A stretch of DNA of 64,000 nucleotides from Azolla caroliniana (Eukaryota > Plantae > Polypodiophyta): the NCBI GenBank assembly GCA_043228905.1, contig JBHGNT010000005.1, positions 9,548,001-9,612,000 on the forward strand, read 5' to 3'. The notes beneath the pieces were generated by a model. The model ran no database searches. It worked only from the letters and a program-made list of their open reading frames with translations, and was not told where the DNA came from. A program made the translations under genes and the position numbers. Below, piece by piece: positions 20,101 through 30,698 of this stretch. Numbering within the stretch: position 1 is the stretch's first letter; every line of letters starts with the position of its first letter.

Positions 20101-22512
20101 ACCGGTTAGCACTCGAGGATCCGGCCGAAGACGGTGAAGAAACAGAACCGGCCGAGGAAGATGAAACTGATACCGGATCCGGCCCCGATCCCGAAATGGA
20201 TTCGGATGAAGAGGAAACGGAGGAGCCGGTTACCGAAGCTCCGGAACGGAGATATCCTCTAAGAGAGAGAAGGGCCCCCCGGAGATTTCCGGAACCTGAG
20301 CACATGCTGCTGACCGACGAGGGGGAGCCGGAGAGTTTTGAAGAAGCAAAGCTTGACACCCATAGCCGCAGGTGGTTAACTGCCATGCAGGAGGAGATGA
20401 ATTCCCTGCATGAGAACCACACATATGAACTTGTGGAGTTGCCGAAAGGAAAGCGGGCACTTCGAAACAAGTGGGTGTTCAAGCTGAAACCGGGAGATGC
20501 CGGAAACCCCCCGAGATACAAAGCCAGGATCGTGGTGAAGGGGTTCCAGCAGAAGAAGGGCGTCGACTTCGACGAGATATTTGCCCCGGTAGTGAAGATG
20601 ACCTCCATCCGGACGGTGCTGAGCATAGCGGCAAGCATGGACCTCGAGGTAGAACAGATGGACGTGAAGACGGCATTCCTTCACGGTGACCTCGAAGAAG
20701 AGATCTACATGCAGCAACCGGAAGGATTCGAGAAGAAAGGGAAGGAGCACCTGGTATGCCGGTTGAAGAAGAGCCTCTACGGATTGAAGCAGGCACCCCG
20801 GCAATGGTACCGGAAGTTCGACTCCTTCATGACCGACGAAGGGTACCACAAAACGCGGTCTGATCACTGCGTGTTTGTGAAGAAGTTCGAAGGAGGAGAC
20901 TCTCTAATACTCCTCCTGTACGTGGACGACATGTTGATCGTCGGACGGGACCAGGTCAAGATACGGATGCTGAAGAGGGCGCTTCACCGAACCTTCTCAA
21001 TGAAGGACCTGGGTCCGGCGAGGCAAATACTGGGGATGCACATCATCCGGGACCGGAAGAAGAAGCAGTTGTGGCTGTCACAGGAAAAGTACGTGACAAA
21101 GGTGCTTCACCGGTTCAACATGTCGGAAGCAAGACCGGTCGGGTCAACCCTACCGGCAAACTGCAGGTTGTCCAGCAAGCAAAGCCCCAAGACAAAGGCT
21201 GAGAAGGAGGACATGATGAAAGTGCCATATGCCTCTGCCGTCGGAAGCTTGATGTACGCAATGGTGTGTACAAGACCGGACATAGGATATGCAGTTGGAG
21301 TGGTGAGCCGGTACATGTGCAATCCCGGCAAAGAGCACTGGAACGCGATCAAGTGGATACTCTGATACCTGAAGGGCACGGCAAACGTGAGCCTCCGATT
21401 CGGCTCCGGTAAGCCCGAACTCGACGGCTTTACCGATTCGGATATGTCGGCTGATGCAGATACCAGCCGGTCCACATCAGGGTATGTGATGACGTATGCA
21501 GGTGGAGCTGTTTTGTGGCAGTCGAGGCTGCAGAAGATGGTTGCGCTGTCAACCACGGAGGCGGAGTACATGGCGGCTGTTGAAGCCGGCAAGGAAATAA
21601 TATGGATGAAGGACTTCATTAGAGAGCTCGGTATCCGGCAAGAGGAGTACCGACTCTACTGCGACAGTCAGAGTGCCATCCACCTTGCGAAGAACGCGGC
21701 CTACCATTCCCGGACGAAACATATCCAGCGTAGATACCACTGGATCCGGGAGAGGATAGAAGACGAGGAGTTCGTGCTGACGAAGATCCACACGGACGAG
21801 AACGGGTCGGATATGCTGACCAAGGTGCTCACACCGAACAAGCTGGAAGCATGCCGGAAGAGGATTGGATTGGAGAGACATCCCATGCCGAAGTGAAGGG
21901 GGAGTTTGTTGGGATTTCGGTCCCTCCGGATGGGATGTCCCCGGAGATAAATGACGGCAAGCCGGTTACGGTTACGGAGCCGGATGCTGAAGACCCCGGT
22001 TACGGAGCCGGATGACGAATGTACCCGGAGAGAGATCCGGATGCGGGGACATATTTGTGAATATGTTTGCTAAGAGCCCTTGAGGCTATATTTGTAAATA
22101 GCCCGAAAGTCATATGTGTATAAATATGACTTAGGGCAGACAGTTTATGTTGTTGTTGCTCACTTTCTGTTTTCACTGAGAGGAAACGAAGTGAGAGCAG
22201 CCGAGAGAGAGTGAGAGAGAGAGAGAGAGAGAGAAAGAAGAAGGAAGAGGTCGACGCCTCTGTGTAATACCGCCGCCTGTGGCGAGGACAGCGAGCTCAA
22301 GGTCGTCGCCTTGCAGCTCGCCATTGTACATTCCCCGCGTATAGGGATCGTTGGAGTCTTGCACTCCCGTGGTTTTTTCCCATTTAGGGTTTTTTCCACG
22401 TAAAACATCCAGTGTACCTTTTCTCTCTATTGTACTTCGTGCACTTGGTATTCCCCGTTTTCTGTGAGTCGATCCTATTCCTCGGTTGTGGCCGAGCACT
22501 GCTTAAGCAACA
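17186..22512 (+). mobile_element. Copia D, full-length and very young, inserted in the RNase H of related Copia C
   Basis: 606-bp LTRs at 17186-17791 and 21907-22512 (1 difference seen). TSD CCATC at 17181-17185 and 22513-22517. PBS TGGTATCAGAG at 17795. PPT before 21907. Confidence 0.97.
17823..21896 (+). CDS. Copia D gag-pol polyprotein with one in-frame TGA (21363-21365)
   Basis: CFHCGKPGHFRKNC, PR (DSRAS variant), INT, RT (YVDD). RNase H continues in the same frame after KWIL*YLKGT. Confidence 0.9.
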
Positions 22513-23365
22513 CCATCCACCTTGCGAAGAACGCGGCCTATCACTCCCGGACGAAGCACATCCAGCGAAGATATCACTGGATCCGGGAAAGGATAGAAGA
22601 CCAGGAGTTCGTGCTGACGAAGATCCACACGGACGAGAACGGGTCAGATATGCTGACCAAAGTGCTCACACCCGACAAGCTGGAAGCGTGCCGGAAGAGG
22701 GTCGGATTGGAAAGACATCCCATGCCGAAGTGAAGGGGGAGTTTGTTGGGATTACGGTCCCTCCGGATGGGATGGTCGGATGTCCGGAAATCGGGAATGA
22801 AGACCCGAATGAGGAGTACCCGGTATCGGAGCCTGATGATGAAGACCCGGCTACGGATCCGGATGATGAAGACCCCGGCTACGGAGCCGGATGACGAATG
22901 TACCCCGGAGAGAGATCCGGATGCGGGGACATATTTGTGAATATGTTTGCCAAGGGCCCTCGTGGCTATATTTGTAAATAGCCCGAAAGTCATATGTGTA
23001 TAAATATGACTTAGGGCAAACAGTTTTGGTTGTTGTTACTCATTTTTCTGATTTCCACTTAGAGGGAGCGAAGTGAGAGCAGCAGAGTGAGAGAAAGGAA
23101 GAGGTCGACGCCTCTGTGTAATACCGCCGCCTGTGGCGAGGACAGCGAGCTCAAGGTCGTCGCCTTGCAGCTCGCCATTGTACATTCCCTGCGTATAGTG
23201 ATAGTTGGAGTCTTGCACTCCCGTGGTTTTTCCCGTCTAGGGTTTTCCACGCTAAATCCTGTGCATTCGAGTCTCTCTCTGTGTTTTCGATTTTCTGCTG
23301 AATTGAGTCGTGTTTCCTCGGTTGTGGCCGAGAGGTGAAGGTTTTGAAAGCGTCAATCTCTAACA

Positions 23366-26300
23366 GTAAGGTCCACCGGGCCAATTTGCCGGTGAGTGAC
23401 GCTTTGGACACCAGGTAAAGGAGTGCCGAATTATCTACATGGAAGGAAAACTTCCTTCCCAATAAATAATGCCGAAACTTTGTCACACTGTAGATCATCC
23501 CTAGGGCTTCCCGTTCCGTGGTAGAGTAGTTTCGTTCTGCTTGGGATAGCTTTCGACTGGCATAGTACACTGGCCGATACCATTTTGGCTCCGTAAGCTG
23601 CATAAGTACGCTTCCGATTGCGATGTCGGAGGCGTCTACGAACACGTGAAATTCTTTACTCCAATCCAGAGGTTGTACTACCGGTGCCTGCGACAATAGT
23701 ACCTTGAGGGCCCTATACGCTCTATCCTCGGTGTCGGTCCACTGGAATGGTGTCCGATGTACGGCGGCATGCAACGGTGTAGCCAGGTCAGCTAAGTGTC
23801 GGAGCATCCGGCTGTGCCACCGGATCTGGCCTAAGAACCGGCTCAATGCCTTTGCTGTTGCCGGCGCCGGTGCTTCTAATATGGCTTTCACTTTGTCCGG
23901 GTCAACTGCAATACCTTCCTAGCTCACAATATGTCCTAATAAAGTTCCACTGGACACGCCAAATACACACTTTGCCGGATTCAAGCTTAGCCGGTACGCT
24001 CTACACTTTTCTAGACAAAGACGGAGGTGCTGAAAATGGTCCTCCTCCCGGCTATAGACGGCGAAATTGTCAAGGAAAACCTGCATAAAAGCTGATATAT
24101 ATTCATTAAAGATTTCCATGATGATTCGTTGAAATGTTGTCGGTGCCGTTTTGAGTCCGAACATCATCACCACGGCCAAAAACACCCCTCATTCGGTGAC
24201 GAATGTCGTTTTCTCTTGGTCGTCGGGGTGCATCCGGATCTGATTATACTCGTTCAATCCGTCTAGGAAGCTATAGACCTCATGGCCGGCGACGGCATCC
24301 AACACTCCATCTGTGAACGGAAGTGGAAACGCATCCGTTACCGTAGCCGCATTGAGTTTCCGGTAGTCCACGCAAACTCGAATTTTTCCGTTCTTCTTCG
24401 GTACGACTACGATCGGGCTCAGCCATGTCGCTTTCTTTACCGGACGGATAAAGCCAACTCTTAGCAGTTTCTCGATTTCCTCCTTTACTTTGGCGGCATA
24501 ATTGGGATTCATCCGGTACCGTCTTTGTGCCACTTGTTTTGCATCCTTGCTCAAGTGCACCTGATGCTGGTATAACTGAGGGTCGAGTCCTCGCATGTCT
24601 TCGTATGACCATGCAAACACATCGCGAAATTCCGTGAGAAGTGTGATCATCGTTGTTTTGTCTTCGGACTTCATCTCCTTGGCGATGTGCACCGGTTTTG
24701 CTTCGTCTGTGGTGCCTAGGTTCACCTCTTCCAGTTGCGACGCTTTTACGCGCTGTGAAACGGCCATTTCCCGTTCCAACGCTTCCTACGCTTGCCGTAA
24801 TTCCCGGATTGCGTCTTTATCCAGTTCTGCTTCAGCCTCTTCCGGTTGCGGTAAGTATGGTGCTACTGCTTCGGCAATGTCAATTTCGAAGAGGGGTATG
24901 ATCTTCGGGTTTTCCTGCAGGTACTGAGCTTCTTCTTCGTCCGCTAACCCTTCTAGCATGTTGACGCATTCCGCATACAACGGTGTACATTCCTTGCCAG
25001 TGCTCGTCCTTGGCTATGTTGGTACCCGTACCTTGGTTTTTCCTCGCCGGAAGGTAATTATATTTTTCCGCCAATTTTGTTTGATATGTGCCGTTTTCAA
25101 CCATGGCCGCCCCAGCAATAGCGGGTATGCGCCTTGTGCCTGTAATTGTAGCACTACGGCTGAGATGTAAAATGTATGACCGTCGACGGTGACTTCTAAT
25201 TTCCGTATTAATCTTGTCGGCCGCGCTGAGCTTGTATCGGCCATCCGCAACCAGAACGGACACGGCTCCCACTCGTGAATTCCTAGGGCATCACACATCC
25301 GGAGGCTTATTACATTCACCCCAAAGCCTCCGTCTATAACTGTGCCGGGGAGTTCTTTCCCTTTTACAATGGCAGTGATTACCGGACTGCTAGTGTCCAC
25401 CACCGTTGGTCCCTCCTCCGGATTCGAGAAGAGTACCGGTGCCGGTGATGGTTCTCCTGCCGTCATGGCCGTCTTCAGTCCTTCCGTAAATCTTGGCACG
25501 AGTTGTAGGAGTCTTCCTAGTGGCAACGTAATCTGGCACTCTTGCAACGCCTGCCATGTCTCGTTCTCGGAGTGACTACCGCCGGCAAGCCCTGCGGTGT
25601 TCTCCTTTTGCCGTTGTAAATCTGTGACATTCTGTTCGTTTGCTTTCTTTACCCATTCCGTTGCTTGTTTCCGGATGGTCTCCTGCGTCTCCCATTCCTT
25701 GGCCATGCCCTTCGACCTTGTGGTCACCTGTTGCAGATCTGCCACCTCAGGGACTACCATATTTACCGCCGGTCGTTTTTCATAGCTCTTCACCGGGCAT
25801 TGGTTACTATAATGGCCTTCCTGTCGGCAGTAGTAGCAGTAGGCTTTCCGGGTATTGCTAGATTCGGCATTGTCTGTTGCACCCAGGGCAAGTCCTGCGG
25901 TACGCGCGGGGTTTTGTACCGGTTGGCTGCTTGGAGCTCCTTGTTCCGGATCCCGGGGGTAGCCGCCTTTTTTAAAATGTCGTTTTTTGTTATAGCTCTT
26001 CTTATTACGGTACTCTTGACGGGGTTGCCCATTATATTTGCCGTATTCCTCCCGTTGCTGACGATACCCGGGGGAGTGCTCCCGGTCATAATGTTCGTAT
26101 CGTCTATTGTAACCCTGGTACCGATCATGTCGGTCATAGTTATCCCGCCGATCACCGTACCGGACATCATTTTCCCGTCGATCGTCGTGCCGAACATCCT
26201 GTGCCGGTCGGTCGCGGTCCATTCGCCGCCAACGTTCGTCTTCTTCATCCCGGCTGTTGCATGGCTCAATTTGTCGAACGGGCGGTGCTTGCCGGTTCAA

Positions 26301-27578
26301 CAGATTATACTCGCACCTATCCGTCGTATGGCTCTTGGATTGACAGATTACACATTGCGTCCTCATAGTGCATTCTAGAGCCGAGTGTCCGGAATTCAAG
26401 CAGGTTGTGCACTGTATTGCTTGCCGAAACCGGAGGTCTTCATCGGACGGTAACGTCCGTTGAAGTGCTCCCAGTGTGAGCCAGGAGCTTGTCTTTTCCA
26501 TCTCTCTCACCCGGTCAATGACCTGGTCGATGGTACTTGTGCGGAAGTCAATTACCGTGCAAACCGTGCGTAGAGGTTCCCGGAGCGCGTTTAGAAATAT
26601 AGTCCGTAATTCCTCCTCCGGGGGTGCGCGGGCAAGCTGACTATGCATCCGTTGAAACCGGATGACAAATTGGGGAATGCTCTCCCCTGCCTCCTGTCAG
26701 ATGGTATAAAATAAGCCTACCATTATGGTCTGGTCCACCTCTTTTTGAAAAAAATGCAAGAATTTAGCTTTTAAATCTGCAAAGGTGTTGATGGTAGACG
26801 GGTCCTGTGTCCGGCGCCATCTTGTTGCCGGTCCCTCCAATGTGACGCCAAATTCCGCTATCTTAGAGCGTTCTTCTTCCTCCAGGGTCAATCGCTGGGA
26901 CACATGGTTGGCTTCCCATGTCTGTTCAAAGGTGTGCACATGAGCTTCCACGTCCGGATCATCTCTATACTTCGAGTACTGGAACGGCATGTCGTCGTCC
27001 GGTATCGGTGCGCGGGCTGCCAGTGTTGGTGCTCGTTCCGGAATTTTCTCCGGTGTCAGTGGTCCTTCCCGATTTGTTTCCGGTGTCAGTGGTTTTTCCT
27101 CTTCTTTTGGTGACGGAGGTCTCTCCTCTTCGACTTCCGGTGTCGGAGGTCGCTCTTCTTCTGCTGGTTCCGGGGGTTCCAGCATTAGCACTTCCGGTTC
27201 CGGTGTCGGTAAGGTATCCGATCCTTCGTCCTCTGGTCCGCCCGGGGTTTCGTTGCTGCTACGGTAGTTCGTGTGCACGCTGTATTCCCCTTCGGAGTCC
27301 GATTCATATGCTGAAAAGGCTTCTGCTTCGCCTTCTCCGTTTGCCAACGCATGGAGAAGGGATTCGGTTTCCCGGAGGCTGCTTAGGCTGTTGCCATCGT
27401 CCGAGTGCGATGTTTGCTGTAACCAGAGGGAGTCCTCCGCTACTCTCCGGATTACGTTGGAAAACGAGCGATCCGCTCTAATTTCCGGCGCCGCTTGCCG
27501 GAAAGCCTCGCGTCTCGTTTGCCTTTCGGCAAGGCGTCGAGTTCGATCTGTAACCAGGTCGTGCGTTGATCTAGACAT
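23366..27578 (-). pseudogene. Gypsy gag-PR-RT-RH (single frame, point stops only)
   Basis: Six track ORFs in one frame. Three CCHC knuckles, PR VIDGGFGVN, RT (CVDYRKLN, FLDN for FLDD), RH (VDASDIAIG, NYSTTEREALG). Confidence 0.92.
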
Positions 27579-27631
27579 CCATCCGTGCCGTCGTTCGCTG
27601 CAAAAACAGGAATCGTGGTCGCCAAAAACTG

Positions 27632-28067
27632 TGTTAACTCTTAGGACCGGACAATGGCCTAACACAGGGTGTCTATGGAAGACACTTCCCCAAAGGGTGT
27701 TATGGCAACCGGATCCGCCTCAACGCTTAATCCTATTTTAATTAAGTTACTTATTATGATCGTCTTTCATAACACACACGTAAGATATAACAATTAAGAC
27801 AGAACGGCAATTAACACAGAGAGATAACCACGCTTAAGCTTTCATTAATTAACCGCTAATGATTACATTGTATCCGGGCCTTTAAATAGGTTTCTGGTCT
27901 ATATTACAAAACGGTGCCATCCGCACCTGTTCGGGATCGGTCTGGATCTGGAACGGCATACCGTTTCCGGTCCGTCCGTCCACACTCATAGCTTAATTAC
28001 AACCACATTCCTACTACTTAAATAACTCTCCGTTTCCCACTCTGGACTCCTTTGCCGGCCGGTAACA
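27632..28067 (-). repeat. Gypsy 5' LTR (436 bp)
   Basis: Direct repeat of 7445-7879; on the minus strand it is followed by CAGTTTTTGGCGACCAC (PBS). Confidence 0.95.
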
Positions 28068-29494
28068 GCAAATTCTTTGTGATAGTTGGTACATGCAAGA
28101 CATTTTTAATGTAAGTTTGCTTGTCTTCTTCTCCGAACGGAACATTACCGATGTGCCAAATCAGATGCGTAGTGTCGTCTCCGGTTTCGACATAGCCGGG
28201 TCGTTCTGGCTCTCGAAGTTCTCGGAACCATTCTTGATGAGACGTCATATGGTTCGAGGCACCAGAGTCAACCAACCATGTGTCTGTTGGACCTGAGGCA
28301 CTAGTTGAAGTAGAAGCCAACATAGAATTTTCTCTATGTCTCATCACGAACATTCTGCCATGATCGTCATAGTCGGAGTTGGTGGCGTAGTTGGTGAGTT
28401 GTCGGCTAGTGGAAGCCGACTCGTGTATCTTCTTACGGCATTCTTCTTCGTGGTCACCGATTTTTCCGCAATATCCGCATTCGACCGAGCTTTGTCAGCT
28501 CGGACCGGAATGGAAGCTCCCCCTTCTTCCGAAGGTTCCTCGATGGCTTCAGTCTTGATGCCGAAATTGCGAGTTGTTTTCGTAAGTCGGGTCTCGTCTG
28601 CCTCGTCCTTGGCCGAATCGGCCTCTTCTTGCACGGCCATGTCCTCTTCCTCCGTCCGAATGCGTGTAGAGCATGTGGCCTTCTGAGGTGTTGCTCCTCG
28701 TTAGAACATGGTTTTCTTCGATCAACAACATGGATTCAAGATCGAAGAAGGAGGGCGGATTCTCCCGTGCTAATACGGCGGTCCGCATCGCGCCGAACTG
28801 TGGTGCAAGGCCTCCGAGGCATATTTGCACCATTTCGTCATCCACCACATTGACGCTTATCGAGCCGAGTGCATCACAAAGCTCCTTGATCTTCAAGGTG
28901 TAGCTTGTGATGGACATATCCCGTTGTTGGATGTTGTTCAACTCTTGGCGGAGTTGATGCTTTCTCGCGGTCGTGTTGGTGGCGAAAATCTTTTGTAGAT
29001 TCTTCCATGCTTCCTTCGGCGTCTCGGCTTCTCAAATGTACCCGAGCATGTGGTTGTGAACACATGTCGCCAAGCAATAGATCACTCGGCTTGCCGCTTG
29101 CTCCCATGTTGCATAGTCGGCGTCTTTCGGGTCGGTCGGTTTTCTTGTGCTCCTTTGATGTAACCCCAATAGCCTTGGCCGACAAGGTATTGGTGCATCT
29201 TGTACTCCCAAGATGCGAAGTTGTTTCAGTCAAACTTCTCGCTAGGGAGAGTGCTCCCCATTGGAGTATTAATTGTCGATTAAGATTCCTTTCTTCTTTT
29301 CCTTCTCTCTCGAACACAAGCTATGTAACAGTACTACGATAGCGATGAGCTGGTTCTTCTTGAATGTCGGCATAGAGCACAACACACGATCACGAAGAGG
29401 CGAGTGGGCTAGATTGAGCTACCAAATCGCTTTGATACCATGTAAAGAATCGATGGTGATTCTTGTGCAGCGGAATAAATATGTGTGTTATGTG

Positions 29495-29554
<60 letters not shown>

Positions 29555-30698
29555 TAGATGAGAGAAGAGAACACAAGATAGATAAGCAAGAGAAATAAAA
29601 GACCCAAGAAGAAGGTGTATATTTCACAAGTAGAATGGAGATACAAAATTGTAGCATTACAAGGAGTCACAACCGACTTTTTATAAAGTGTGAAGAGGGT
29701 GCTTTATATATAGTTGTGAAAGTGTTTTTAGAATCTAAGCCATTGAACATTAGGAGAATATAAAGTATAGATAATTCACCTTTTGAGGATAAGAACACGA
29801 ACTAAGACCTTAGGGAAGAAGTCAAAAGTAAAAGTACGAGACCAAGAGAAAAGTAAAAAGAGAAAACGCAGACTATAAAAAACAGTAAAAATAGAATGGT
29901 CATAACTCCCTCGTTGTTTATCCAAATATCACGTTTAAATATGGATTAGAAAGCTTGTAAAAAGAGCTTTCTATAGCTTTTTAAATCGCTTAATTTGGAT
30001 ATCGGATGAGGGAGATATGACGATTAGAAGGTCGATGTGTCATAGCTAAAAATAGGGAGATAAAAAGCTTCTAAAAATAGCATGAACGTGGATAAGAAGA
30101 GGAAGGTTATAAAAGAAGAAGGGATATTAGTGAGGAAGGGGGCGAAGAGTGAAGGCCAAAGAGTGGATGAGGAGTGTTAGGAAGAAGTGTCTTTGTGGAA
30201 GAGGAAGTGTCTTAGAAGAGGAAGGTCTTTGGTTTTAGTTCAATGTGGAGTTTGTCTCCTTTGTATTCTCTTGATGTTGGAATATCAGAACATTCTTATT
30301 TCTTGCTCGCTTTCTCTATCTTTTTTCTTAGTTTCTTGAGTTATACTCTCTAATCATAGTTACCTAGAGCTATATAATATATTATGATTTTCAACTCCAT
30401 CTAATCGGTTTGGTCAAGCCCTCATATAGTGTATAACTATCTATTATCTTATACACCCTATCAATAGTCACCCTCTCTCTTCATTAACTAACTACAACAA
30501 CTACTCTCTCTCTTGGGGAATGTGAAGACTCATAGTCATGGGGAATATGTAACTCGTTAGTTATGTGTCATAGAATATGATTCTATGACACATAGTTAAT
30601 GTGTTGAGAGTAGTGGTGTGACTCTTGACCTTTAAGTAATCATGGATTCTCAAAAGGTGTGTTCACATGTTGTGTTATGTTGAGCTTGATTCTCACCA
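28068..30698 (-). mobile_element. Copia A, 5' LTR (~29441-30698) + gag/protease (degenerate)
   Basis: PBS TGGTATCAAAGC ending at 29440; gag (KIKELCDAL, RG-rich region); PR WLVDSGASNHM. The LTR contains a (GT)n tract and ends in TGTTGAGCTTGATTCTCACCA, where the Copia B RT frame breaks. Confidence 0.82.

Larger units (their letters stand above)
12675..23365 (+). mobile_element. Copia C, full-length, inserted in the Gypsy RNase H
   Basis: 622-bp LTRs at 12675-13296 and 22744-23365 (about 6 differences). TSD GTAAG at 12670-12674 and 23366-23370. PBS TGGTATCAGAGC at 13300 (tRNA-iMet type). PPT GAAGGGGGAG. Confidence 0.97.
7445..28067 (-). mobile_element. Full-length Ty3/Gypsy LTR retrotransposon (no chromodomain seen) with an extra 3' ORF; carries nested Copia C and D
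   Basis: LTRs 7445-7879 and 27632-28067 (TG..CA; about 11 substitutions + 1 indel). TSD GCAAA at 7440-7444 and 28068-28072. PBS TGGCGACCAC. Domain order gag-PR-RT-RH-INT. Confidence 0.95.

Noticed and set aside
14501-21886. Many antisense or alternate-frame ORFs repeated in both Copia C and D
   Set aside because: These are shadow ORFs of GC-rich pol; they recur because the two elements are close relatives.
13319-21896. Two similar Copia coding regions as a tandem duplication or assembly artefact
   Set aside because: Distinct LTR pairs, separate 5-bp TSDs and many substitutions show two real nested insertions.
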